IMG/VR virus record: IMGVR_UViG_3300005281_000001
Location: 30,045 to 94,044 of that record
Reading direction: 5' to 3' (one strand)
Length of the DNA: 64,000 nucleotides
DNA from: a virus
Taxonomy: Duplodnaviria; Caudoviricetes
Under the pieces are notes generated by a model that was not told the origin of the DNA, ran no database searches, and was given only the letters and a program-made list of their open reading frames with translations. Shown here piece after piece: positions 48,303 to 57,333 of this stretch. Position 1 is the first letter of the stretch. Each line of letters begins with the position of its first letter. The translations under genes were made by a program, and so were the position numbers.

Positions 48303-48765
48303 TGGTTCCGAAGTTGCGCTGCCTGCCGGCCTCCGGCGGACGGTGGTCATTGATGGCGAGGTCTACGGCATGGCGAGCGTATGGGATGCGGAGATCGTGT
48401 TGACGGAGGGTCAGGAGCTGCGCATCGGTACGCATGCGCGGATCATCGACGAGACGGCCTTCCTGATGGTTCATCCGGTCGGCATGGGCCGGTATATACT
48501 GGCCGCTTACGTGGCGCACGAGGCCGACCAGCGCGACGTTCTGAAGGCGACGATCGGCGTGACGCTCGGCATGCAGAGCTTCACGCTGGATAAGTTCGAG
48601 GCACACATCAAGAAGCTGCTGATGAACGGCAACATCGAAAAGAGCGAAGGCGAGTTTATGCTGGCGCTGGTTCCGGCCATTCAGCATAAACTGGCGCCGG
48701 CGGTTGCCGAGTACCAGAGCGTCATCAACGGCAAAGTCGACCAGACCAAGACAAAGGGAGCGTAA
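48271..48765 (+). CDS. Hypothetical protein
   Basis: GGAGAGG RBS. Confidence 0.6.
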   Translation: MTKPMMPQMDNGSEVALPAGLRRTVVIDGEVYGMASVWDAEIVLTEGQELRIGTHARIIDETAFLMVHPVGMGRYILAAYVAHEADQRDVLKATIGVTLGMQSFTLDKFEAHIKKLLMNGNIEKSEGEFMLALVPAIQHKLAPAVAEYQSVINGKVDQTKTKGA

Positions 48766-48769
48766 ACCA

Positions 48770-49924
48770 ATGCCTGCGTATAAATTCAAGCTGACGGACG
48801 AACGTCATGATGTCGTCCTGCCGGATGGTCGAGATGCACGGCTTTACCGAATTCAGGCCGTCCGGGATATCCCGGAGCTCCACGTTTCGGAAGGCGATTT
48901 CGGCGGATGGGTGGAGTCGGAAGCCAACCTAAGTCAGGAAGGCTTGTGCTGGATTGCGAATAACGCCGTCGTCGCCGGCGCGGCGCATGTTATGGATGAT
49001 GCACTGGTGAAGGATCACGCTTTTGTGTTCGGTGATGGCGTGGTGATTGCAGACAAAGCGATTATCTCCGGCCATGCCTGCGTCACCGGCCGGGCCGTGG
49101 TTCAGGAGTGTGCCAAGGTCAAACGCCATGCATGGGTATCCGGCGCCGCACACATTGCGGGGCACGCCATTATCGACGATAACGCATGCGTAAGGGACGG
49201 GGCCTGCATCGTCGACCGTGCGATCATCGACAGCAACGCAACGGTCGGCGGGAAGGTCAAAGTCTTCGGCCACGCCAACATTACCGGAAGCGCGAAGGTT
49301 GAGGGCATGGCACGCATCGGCGATCACGCGGCCGTAGGGGATGATGCCCGGGTGCTCGATAAGGCAGCGTTGTTCGGAAGTGCGAGAATTACGGGCATGG
49401 CGACCGTCGGCGGTGAGGCGCGTATCGAGGGTGAGGCACACATCTACGAAAATGCAATCGTCGTGGGGTATGCGTATGTAGGAGACCGCGCGAAGGTTAA
49501 AGGGGACGCCATCATTAACGGGCTGGATACGACGGTAATCATAACCGGATCGGCGCGTATTGACGGCAGCGCCTACATTACGTCTAAAGATCACTTCATG
49601 GCGATTAAGCCCCCGGGGAGCAGCCTGCTATCGATTTACCCGGAGATTCGGTACGGAAGCAGGATCGCGGCCGATTTGGTTGTCTCCAGCGAGGCCGGAC
49701 ACGAAGCGTTGAGCGAGCTGCAATATACCATCGAAAAACGGATCGAAGACTTACGCAAGTCTGGGCTGCGCACCGAATCGAATCAGAACATGGAACGGAA
49801 CTTCAGGCTCATGCATGGGATCGTGCCACTGGTTCAGCAGTACTTTGATCCCGTGCTGGCTAAACTGAATGAAATTTTCAAAGAGAGGGATGAGGTGAAT
49901 GAGCTTCGTAATCGGCTCGGATGA
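48770..49924 (+). CDS. Hexapeptide-repeat (left-handed beta-helix) protein, paralog 1
   Basis: LYRIQAVRDIP...GGWVESEANLSQEGLCW, then x-x-x-A-x-V/I hexads. Confidence 0.85.
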   Translation: MPAYKFKLTDERHDVVLPDGRDARLYRIQAVRDIPELHVSEGDFGGWVESEANLSQEGLCWIANNAVVAGAAHVMDDALVKDHAFVFGDGVVIADKAIISGHACVTGRAVVQECAKVKRHAWVSGAAHIAGHAIIDDNACVRDGACIVDRAIIDSNATVGGKVKVFGHANITGSAKVEGMARIGDHAAVGDDARVLDKAALFGSARITGMATVGGEARIEGEAHIYENAIVVGYAYVGDRAKVKGDAIINGLDTTVIITGSARIDGSAYITSKDHFMAIKPPGSSLLSIYPEIRYGSRIAADLVVSSEAGHEALSELQYTIEKRIEDLRKSGLRTESNQNMERNFRLMHGIVPLVQQYFDPVLAKLNEIFKERDEVNELRNRLG

Positions 49925-50972
49925 GCAGCGCGTGAATAACGGCCACACGGATGAGGGTGTTCGGAGGAAGTACGAGTTCACAGGGGATACGAAGCCCATC
50001 ATAGACGCGGAAGGAAAAGGGCGCACCCTACGCCGCATCCGCGCGGTTCGGGACATTCCGAAGCATAACGTCCCAGCCGGCGGCACCGGCGGATGGATTG
50101 AATCGGAGGATAACCTGTCGCAGGAAGGCGACTGCTGGGTCGGCGGGGAATCGCAGGTGTACGGAAAGGCGCATGTAACCGGAGACGCGCTGGTAACCGG
50201 TGGGTCCGTTGTATGCGACGAGGCAATCGTTTGCGGGCTTTCGCTCGTTGCCGGATCGGTGCGCATCAAAGGTCGGGCGAAGATCGCGCGCCGCGCGCAG
50301 GTCACCGGTTCTGCGTGCGTATCCGGGCAGGCGCTTATCAGCGAACGCGCGGTCGTGGCGAACTATGCTCACGTCACGGATCAGGCCGTGGTGATGGGAG
50401 ATGCCAGAGTCCGCGGCTGGGCAAAGGTTGGAGGAAACGCGAGAATCGAGGGCCGCTCCGAGCTCGAAGGGTACTCCATCATCGGCGGTGACGTTGTCCT
50501 CTCCGGTGCATGTGTATGGGACCGCGCCGAAATAAAGGGAAGCGTTCGACTATACGGGAGCGCCTCGATTTGCGGGTACTCGGTGATCGATATCGAGGAC
50601 GACGGACTGAGCATTTGCGCGGATGCATCGATCCGTGACGGCGCACGCATTCGGTATGCTGACGATATCCTCGTCCTCTCCCCAGTCGGCTCCGAGAACG
50701 GTACGCTGACCGCGTATGTCGGCATCCACTACGAGAACGACGAGGAAATCCCGGCGATTCTGGTCACCCGCGGCTGCTACAAAGGTACGCTGGATCAGTT
50801 CGAGCAGCGCGTGAAAAGGCTCGGCCAGCGCTTCGCGTACACAACCGCAAGCAGCAGGCGGCGGGAAGCGTATCTGAAGTTAACGCCGGCGATCCGGGCG
50901 TATCTGACGCCGGCGCTGGAACGGCTGAAGGCAGAGCTTCAGGAAAAACAAGGAGGTAAATGTCATGAGTGA
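49899..50972 (+). CDS. Hexapeptide-repeat protein, paralog 2
   Basis: Same N-domain; C-terminal LSPVGSENGTLTAY...RGCYKGTL. Confidence 0.85.
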   Translation: MSFVIGSDEQRVNNGHTDEGVRRKYEFTGDTKPIIDAEGKGRTLRRIRAVRDIPKHNVPAGGTGGWIESEDNLSQEGDCWVGGESQVYGKAHVTGDALVTGGSVVCDEAIVCGLSLVAGSVRIKGRAKIARRAQVTGSACVSGQALISERAVVANYAHVTDQAVVMGDARVRGWAKVGGNARIEGRSELEGYSIIGGDVVLSGACVWDRAEIKGSVRLYGSASICGYSVIDIEDDGLSICADASIRDGARIRYADDILVLSPVGSENGTLTAYVGIHYENDEEIPAILVTRGCYKGTLDQFEQRVKRLGQRFAYTTASSRRREAYLKLTPAIRAYLTPALERLKAELQEKQGGKCHE

Positions 50973-52314
50973 GCGCCGCAAGTACGAAATAACGAATGAG
51001 TCACGCACGGTGCATCTTTTGGACGGACGGAAAGTTACGGTCTTCCGCATCCGGGCGCTACGGGATATTCCGCGCCACGGCGTCAAAGCGGGTGAGCTCG
51101 GCGGCTGGGTTGAGGGTACGCACAACCTGTCACAGTACGACGACTGCTGGATCGATCAATATGCCCGCGTCGTGGGCGGCGCCACGGTCATCGGTAACGC
51201 GCTGATTGCCGGCCAGTCGCAGGTGTACGATAAAGCGCAAGTCAGAGACAACGCGAAAGTCACTGGTCAAGCCCGCGTATTTGGTAAGGCGGTGGTTGCG
51301 GGAAATGCTTCCGTATTAAGCTGCGCAGTAATCTGCGATCAGGCTATGGTTATGGGCAAAGCCACGGTCGACAGCTACGCTGATATCGCCGGCGAGGCAC
51401 GGGTTGCCGGATACGCTGAGATCACCGGCAAGGCACGGGTTGCCGGATACGCTGAGATCGCCGGCAAGGCACGGGTTGCCGGATACGCTGAGATCGCCGG
51501 CGAGGCACGGGTTGCCGGATACGCCGTCGTCACAGGCAACGCCCGCGTGACAGGAAAGGCACGACTGCTCGGAAACGCGCGTGTGATGGGCGATGCGTGG
51601 GTGTACGGCAGCGCCGTCATCGGCGAAAACGCCTGCATATCCGGTTACGCGCACGTCTTCGGAAGTGCACATGTCAGTCAGTGCGCGGCCATCATGGACA
51701 ACGCGCAGGTATCGGGATTTTCGCGCATACACGGCGACGTGACGGTTGAGGATTTTGCAGTTGTCACAGGGCACGTTACCCTGAGCGGCAGCGTACATGT
51801 AGGCGGAAGGGCAGAGATCAACGTGCAGAGAGACGATCACGCCAGCCATCGGTTGTATTTATGCGGTGATATACAGATCAAGGACAAAGCGCGCATCCGC
51901 TCGCAGCGTGACATCCTTTCGATATCGCCGGTCGGTTCCGAAGGCGGGACGCTGACGGCTTACGTGGCGCTGACAAAGGAAGGCCGGGCGTATGTCCATC
52001 TTACGCGCGGGTGCTTCAGCGGTACCTTAAGCGAATTCAAAGACGCGCTGCGGGCAGGCCAGCAGCACAAGGAGCTTCGGAAGATTTACAAAAAGCTGAT
52101 TCCGATCATCGAGGAACACTTCGCGCCGTCGCTGTCCGAGCTCCAGCGCCGCGTGCTTGAAGGGCTGGAGGAAAACGACGACCGCGCCGAGCTCGGCGAC
52201 TGCCCGGTATATGCGGATTACGCCGATATCCCGCGTCTGACGCCGCCGAAGCTGCCGCCGGTTCCTGACGCGCCGGACTTTGAGGATGGGGAGGTCAAAT
52301 ACGCCGATGAGTGA
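50965..52314 (+). CDS. Hexapeptide-repeat protein, paralog 3
   Basis: Same architecture; contains a 4x36-bp tandem expansion. Confidence 0.85.
   Translation: MSERRKYEITNESRTVHLLDGRKVTVFRIRALRDIPRHGVKAGELGGWVEGTHNLSQYDDCWIDQYARVVGGATVIGNALIAGQSQVYDKAQVRDNAKVTGQARVFGKAVVAGNASVLSCAVICDQAMVMGKATVDSYADIAGEARVAGYAEITGKARVAGYAEIAGKARVAGYAEIAGEARVAGYAVVTGNARVTGKARLLGNARVMGDAWVYGSAVIGENACISGYAHVFGSAHVSQCAAIMDNAQVSGFSRIHGDVTVEDFAVVTGHVTLSGSVHVGGRAEINVQRDDHASHRLYLCGDIQIKDKARIRSQRDILSISPVGSEGGTLTAYVALTKEGRAYVHLTRGCFSGTLSEFKDALRAGQQHKELRKIYKKLIPIIEEHFAPSLSELQRRVLEGLEENDDRAELGDCPVYADYADIPRLTPPKLPPVPDAPDFEDGEVKYADE
51376..51524 (+). repeat. 4 x 36-bp in-frame tandem repeat (YAEIAG(E/K)ARVAG)
   Basis: tacgctgagatcgccggc(g/a)aggcacgggttgccgga units. 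Confidence 0.92.
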
Positions 52315-53359
52315 GCCGCGCAAGTACGAACTGACGGACGAGGTAAAGACGGTCAGCGGCCCGGGAGGTCGGAAGGTTACCCTGCGCCGCATCCGGGCGC
52401 TTCGCGATATTCCGCGGCATTTCGTCAAGGCCGGCCAGCTCGGCGGCTGGGTTGAGGGTACGCACAACCTGTCACAGTACGACGACTGCTGGGTGGCTGA
52501 CGAGGCTTGCGTGTACGATAACGCGGCGGTCAACGACAATGCCTACGTGTATGGCCATGCGGTCGTCCGCGATTCGGCTTACGTCGGGAATCAGGCGCGG
52601 GTGCATGGATCGGCTATTCTTGAGGATACGGTCCACGTCGAGGGGCAGGCAGAAGTGGCGGAATATGCTCGTCTGAAGGACTACTGCCAGATCGACGGCC
52701 GGGCCATGATCTCCGGTATGGCGCGGATTGAGGGCAGCGTGACGGTGTCCGATTTGGCCGCCGTCACCAGCCGCGCCGTGCTGAAAGGATGCGTTGAAGT
52801 ACGGAACGGCGCGGTGGTCGAAGAACACGCCCACATCAGCGGCTTTGTTACCCTGTCCGGCCGGGTGCGGATCAGCGGCCATACGCAGATCAAGATTGAC
52901 GGCAAACTGCCGCTTTTGCTCTCCGGGGAAACGCGAATCGACGGATTCGCGGTTATTCGGGACGTGGAAGATATCATCACCATCTCGCCGGTCGGCTCCG
53001 AAGGCGGGACGCTGACGGCGTATGCCGCGCTGCTTCCGTTCAGTCAAAAGGCCCGCAGAACCGGCAGGATTCAGGCCGGGATCGGTATCACGCGCGGCTG
53101 CTTCCACGGGTCGCTCGAGGACTTCAGAAGACGGCTTAAGTACGAACAGACAGTCGGTTCGCCCTCGCACCAGCGGGCGTTCTACGATGTACTGATTCCC
53201 GTCGTGGTAAAGCGTCTGAAGGCACGCGTCGAGCAGATGCAGGCGCAGATTGATCGATACTACAAAGCACATCCCGCGGTGGAGATCAAGGACGCCGCGC
53301 ATGTGCTGGAGAACGATCGCTGCCTGCTGGATGTGCAGAAGCTGCTGATCGGTAATTGA
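52307..53359 (+). CDS. Hexapeptide-repeat protein, paralog 4
   Basis: Same architecture; 56 bp identical to paralog 3. Confidence 0.85.
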   Translation: MSEPRKYELTDEVKTVSGPGGRKVTLRRIRALRDIPRHFVKAGQLGGWVEGTHNLSQYDDCWVADEACVYDNAAVNDNAYVYGHAVVRDSAYVGNQARVHGSAILEDTVHVEGQAEVAEYARLKDYCQIDGRAMISGMARIEGSVTVSDLAAVTSRAVLKGCVEVRNGAVVEEHAHISGFVTLSGRVRISGHTQIKIDGKLPLLLSGETRIDGFAVIRDVEDIITISPVGSEGGTLTAYAALLPFSQKARRTGRIQAGIGITRGCFHGSLEDFRRRLKYEQTVGSPSHQRAFYDVLIPVVVKRLKARVEQMQAQIDRYYKAHPAVEIKDAAHVLENDRCLLDVQKLLIGN

Positions 53360-53427
53360 GTGCACACCGGTACCATCACGGGGTACCGGATGCCGCTGCC
53401 TAACGCTCCGAAGGAGGTAAGCTGCCA

Positions 53428-53805
53428 ATGAATCGCGGGGTTCCTAACTACGTGAAGCATGCGCTCGTGCAGGCTGCAAAGCACAACGAGAAAGCGCGAC
53501 AGTTTGAGCGTAAAATCGAGCGCTGGCTGGAACAGCACGATATTCATGATCTCGATGTGGTGCGGGATATCCTGATTGACTGCACGCAGCTCGAGAACCG
53601 GCCGGATGAGGCGATTCGGCGTCTGGAGGATGTGATCGATAGCGTGCGTCAGTACAAGGCGTACTACAAACAAACAGGCAAGTCCCGAGCAAGCAAGGTC
53701 CAACAAGCAAGCGCAAGTCCCAAACAAGCAAGCGCAAGTCCCAAACAAGCAAGCGCAAGTCCCAAACAAGGAGGCAGGTATCGTGACATCACCGCTGAAA
53801 TATAA
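53428..53805 (+). CDS. Hypothetical protein with a C-terminal 7-aa tandem repeat
   Basis: AGGAGG RBS; QASASPK x3. Confidence 0.65.
   Translation: MNRGVPNYVKHALVQAAKHNEKARQFERKIERWLEQHDIHDLDVVRDILIDCTQLENRPDEAIRRLEDVIDSVRQYKAYYKQTGKSRASKVQQASASPKQASASPKQASASPKQGGRYRDITAEI
53704..53770 (+). repeat. 3 x 21-bp tandem repeat
   Basis: caagcaagcgcaagtcccaaa x3, ending at the next RBS. Confidence 0.92.
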
Positions 53806-54826
53806 GCTCGTAGGAAAGCAGCGCGTGAAGTTCTCGCCTTCCGAAGGGCGTGAGATCGCGCTGCATCAGATTCAAGCACTAATTGATCTTCCGAAGCATG
53901 GCGTTAAGGCCGGCGATATCGGCGGGTGGGTTGAAGGCCCGCACAACCTGAATCAGGAAGGTGCCTGCTGGGTCGAGGGTGAGGCCGAAGTGTACGGCGA
54001 GGCGCGTGTGACGGATGACGCGCTCATCCGCTGTCAGGCGAGGGTGTACGGAAGCGCCGTGGTCGCAGGGGATGCGACGGTTGAAGGCGTGGCGAAGGTG
54101 TACGGCAAGGCGCTCATCTCCGGGAGCGCGCGGGTTTCCGGCAATTCCGATATCTGCGGGCATGCCGACGTTTCCGGCAGCGCGGTGGTGCACGATACCG
54201 ACATTGAGGACCACGCCGTTATCAAGGATAACGTTAAGATCGTCGACAGCTACGTGCGTGACCGCGCGGTCGTGCGCGGGGATATGACGATCAGAAACGC
54301 CTACATCATCGAGTATGCGCATATCGAAGGCAGCGGAACGCTCGAGAAAATAGCCGCCAGCGGCCACGCCTGTATTTCGGGGAATGTTACGCTTCATAAA
54401 GTGATCATCTCGGACCATGCACTGATTATGGGCGACGTAGTCCTGCGCGGGAAGCAGGAGGATGGCATGAACACATCCTGCCGCGTGCGCGGCAGGATGA
54501 TCTTCCGTGACGGTGCCTATGTGACGCACCCGGAGCACATGCTGGCCATCTCACCCATCGGCCGTGATCTGGATACGCTGACGGCCTACACGGGCGTTAC
54601 GACCGGCGAAGACGGCAAGCAGCAGGCAGTGATCCGCGTCGCCCGCGGGCTGTACACGGGAACCATCGATGAATTCATTGATCACGTTATCGAGAAGGAC
54701 GCCGGGGAGCGGAAAGAGGAAACGTTCATCTACCTGCAGTTGGCGCCGCTGATAAAGTCGCACTTCGCCAGAGCGGTAAAAGAGCTTCAAGCCGTGCTGG
54801 ATGCGCAGGCGAGCGAATCACATTAA
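53783..54826 (+). CDS. Hexapeptide-repeat protein, paralog 5
   Basis: LHQIQALIDLPKHGVKAGDIGGWVEGPHNLNQEGACW; ISPIGRDLDTLTAY...RGLYTGT. Confidence 0.85.
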   Translation: MTSPLKYKLVGKQRVKFSPSEGREIALHQIQALIDLPKHGVKAGDIGGWVEGPHNLNQEGACWVEGEAEVYGEARVTDDALIRCQARVYGSAVVAGDATVEGVAKVYGKALISGSARVSGNSDICGHADVSGSAVVHDTDIEDHAVIKDNVKIVDSYVRDRAVVRGDMTIRNAYIIEYAHIEGSGTLEKIAASGHACISGNVTLHKVIISDHALIMGDVVLRGKQEDGMNTSCRVRGRMIFRDGAYVTHPEHMLAISPIGRDLDTLTAYTGVTTGEDGKQQAVIRVARGLYTGTIDEFIDHVIEKDAGERKEETFIYLQLAPLIKSHFARAVKELQAVLDAQASESH

Positions 54827-54881
54827 CATACAGTCACATTAACATACAGTCACATTAACATACAGTCACATTAACATACAG
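54818..54881 (+). repeat. 4 x 16-bp perfect tandem repeat
   Basis: tcacattaacatacag x4, spanning the stop codon to the RBS. Confidence 0.95.
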
Positions 54882-54893
54882 GAGGTATGTCTC

Positions 54894-55988
54894 ATGGTAC
54901 AGTATAAAACGGATTTCTCAGGCTTCGTTTATGTCCGCCTCGAGGGTACGGCGATACCGATCGTTGAGGATGGACCGGAAATCGTGTACATGCCGAAGGC
55001 CGGCGATCACGTTGTGCCGGTCGGACCGCATCCAATCAAGCCGAATCAGTTTGGCATGCTGAAGGATGGGACCGACGTGGAGCTCACCGTAAGCGACATT
55101 CCTCAATCGATGATGCAGGAAACCGTAAGGCTCATCACGGAACGCCTTCGCAAGAATGGCAGCGTGCGGATCGAGGTCGAGGTTTACGAATCGGCCATGA
55201 AGATCGGCAAAATCACGCAGTTCGAAGAACGTCATGTTCAGAAGGACGGCTACCTGACGTACAAGATTACTTTCCCATTCCGCATTACCGGGTCTTCGCC
55301 GCTGTGCCCGCATGGCGAGAACCAGCGTAGGTGCCCGATCTGCAAGGCGTTCAAGGAAGGAAGCGAAGCCGGCAGCAGCACCAACGCGGCAGCGAAGCCG
55401 GCCATCTCCCGGTTCGAGGGCCGAACCGTCGACATCGACGGCACGAAAGCTCGCCTGAATTCGGAAGGGTTGCTGGTAGTGGAGATGCCCAACTTCTGCG
55501 GCACGCGTGTGCCCGGGGAATACTATGTGTTCTTCCGGCTGGTCGCCGTGCGGCGGCGGACAAACCTGATAAGTCCTACGCAGATGCATTACCTGCCGGA
55601 GCTGTGGGCCGGGTGCCCGGATGAGGACGCCATCTACGATGTCCTGAAATCTGGGGATTACGCATTCGTTATCGTCGAGAAGGAGTTCTGGAGCACATCA
55701 GCTCCGCTTCCGAAGGAGCGAATCAAGTATCCGAAGAACGAGCCGGCCGGGAAAGTCGAGGAACTGACGGACTGCTCGATTATCACCACGCCGGCGGGCG
55801 GCGCACTCATTACCTATTACGTGCTCGTCGGCTATACGGACGACGGCCGGCAGACTGTCGGCATCGAACATTACAGGAGCGCGCCGAGCCGGGAGGCTGT
55901 CAAGGATGCACTCGAGCGCTATAAATGGCGGTCGGCAAGCGCGGAGAAGCGGTATGAACTGGCCCGTGTGGTTGAGGACTACAAATAA
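54894..55988 (+). CDS. Hypothetical multidomain protein
   Basis: GGAGG RBS; CPH...CPIC motif. Confidence 0.7.
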   Translation: MVQYKTDFSGFVYVRLEGTAIPIVEDGPEIVYMPKAGDHVVPVGPHPIKPNQFGMLKDGTDVELTVSDIPQSMMQETVRLITERLRKNGSVRIEVEVYESAMKIGKITQFEERHVQKDGYLTYKITFPFRITGSSPLCPHGENQRRCPICKAFKEGSEAGSSTNAAAKPAISRFEGRTVDIDGTKARLNSEGLLVVEMPNFCGTRVPGEYYVFFRLVAVRRRTNLISPTQMHYLPELWAGCPDEDAIYDVLKSGDYAFVIVEKEFWSTSAPLPKERIKYPKNEPAGKVEELTDCSIITTPAGGALITYYVLVGYTDDGRQTVGIEHYRSAPSREAVKDALERYKWRSASAEKRYELARVVEDYK

Positions 55989-56188
55989 CAGGACAGCTAC
56001 CGTGACTTCTGAAGGCCGGCGGCGTTGGGAATCATTACCCATGGCCGCCGGCGTCTTGTTTTGATAAAATGGAGACCAACGCATAGCGCGCCCCCGACGG
56101 CGCTCTCCATTCTTTGCCCTCGCCTTCCCGGCTGCCCTGAGCCGGCGGCGGGGGCATCTTTTTGTGCTCGACGACCGCGACGATTGGG

Positions 56189-56286
56189 CGCCGGGGAGGT
56201 CGCCGGCCGGTTAATCCTGCAGTCACGCTCGGTCCCTGTGTTTACCGATAACTGGACGCCGGGGAGGTCGCCGGCCGGTTAATCCT
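56189..56286 (+). repeat. 30-bp direct repeat
   Basis: cgccggggaggtcgccggccggttaatcct at 56189-56218 and 56257-56286. Confidence 0.9.
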
Positions 56287-56289
56287 ACA

Positions 56290-57300
56290 AACTTACTAGG
56301 TTCAGTAGGTTTATTTCGGTTCACTTTGGTTTGATTCGGTGCGAAATTTTTGTACAAGATTGGTTAAGAATGTTCAGGATCATACGATGATGTTGGGGAA
56401 TGTTCACGAATGTACGGGATTGTCCAATTGCAAATATCTGGGAATTTCCCAGCGACGGAATCCAGCCCCGGTTTCATTATTTAAACTGTTTAAATAACGG
56501 GGGAACGTATGTTCTACGGACGAGATTGCTGCGAATTCTAAATTTTCTGACTATTCTGACTGAACAACTTTTAACGACTTTAAACAAGTTTGAACAAGTG
56601 ATGTTTTCAAGTTTACTTTCATTTCCAATTTTAAGGCATACCCCATAGGGGTATTTTTCGCGGTTGGTAAAAGGTGGCAGAATCGGCAACTGGAAAAAAT
56701 CTGGAAAAACGCGAATTACGTACCAACTCGTACTGAATACGGGGTGTCACGCGCAGAAAAAGGGGGCCCCCTAAAAATTTTTTTACGTCGCAAAAATTTT
56801 TTAAAATAAAAATTTTTCTCGATGAAAAAATCTGAAGGCTGCAATCCGGGAATTCAGTACGAGTTGATACGTAATTCGCGAATTGACAAGTTTTACCAGT
56901 TGTATTTAAGCACGTTAAATATCTCGAAATATACCCTATGGGGGTATATATTGGCAGATTTTAGGAGATCAACGGAGCTGGTAATAGGTGTCCTATATTA
57001 TATGGTATTTGTATGCACTGGAAAATGTTAGGATGTAGGGTTGGGTCGATTTGGGAGTGAAATTGGTAAATTTACGCTTTGTTAAACATTTGTTTCGTCT
57101 GGTGAAACCTAATGTAAGGTTTGGAGGGGACAGGTAACAGTTCTGGCAGATTTAAGGAGATCACCGCCGGCGCGGGCTACAGGCGGCCTGCAGGTTCCGT
57201 GCGGTCCGCGCGTCGGTCGCCGCTGAAATGTAGCGAAAATAGGGAAATGCTGGACAGGACAGAGAAAACCGGATACTATATACACAGATAACTACATTTT
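56290..57300. other. AT-rich non-coding control region (candidate origin, packaging or recombination locus)
   Basis: Inverted 28-bp sites at 56713-56740 and 56850-56877 around A/T tracts; 10-bp repeat array at 56561-56600; TACCCYATRGGGGTA at 56638 and 56931; 20-bp repeat at 56952 and 57144. Confidence 0.7.
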
Positions 57301-57320
57301 TGAACAACTTTGGACAAAGG
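57251..57320 (+). promoter_or_regulatory. Putative promoter of the packaging operon with reverse-oriented 10-bp repeats in the leader
   Basis: TGGACA-17 bp-TACTAT; TGAACAACTT TGGACAAAGG at 57301-57320. Confidence 0.6.
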
Positions 57321-57333
57321 GAGACCGAATACT

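Noticed and set aside
54818-54881. CRISPR or mini-array
   Set aside because: The units are contiguous with no spacers. The same holds for the 21-bp and 36-bp repeats. The Cas4-like gene is a stand-alone phage nuclease.
56400-57031. Short ORFs in the AT-rich region
   Set aside because: No RBS, atypical composition, and they overlap the repeat architecture. Treated as non-coding.
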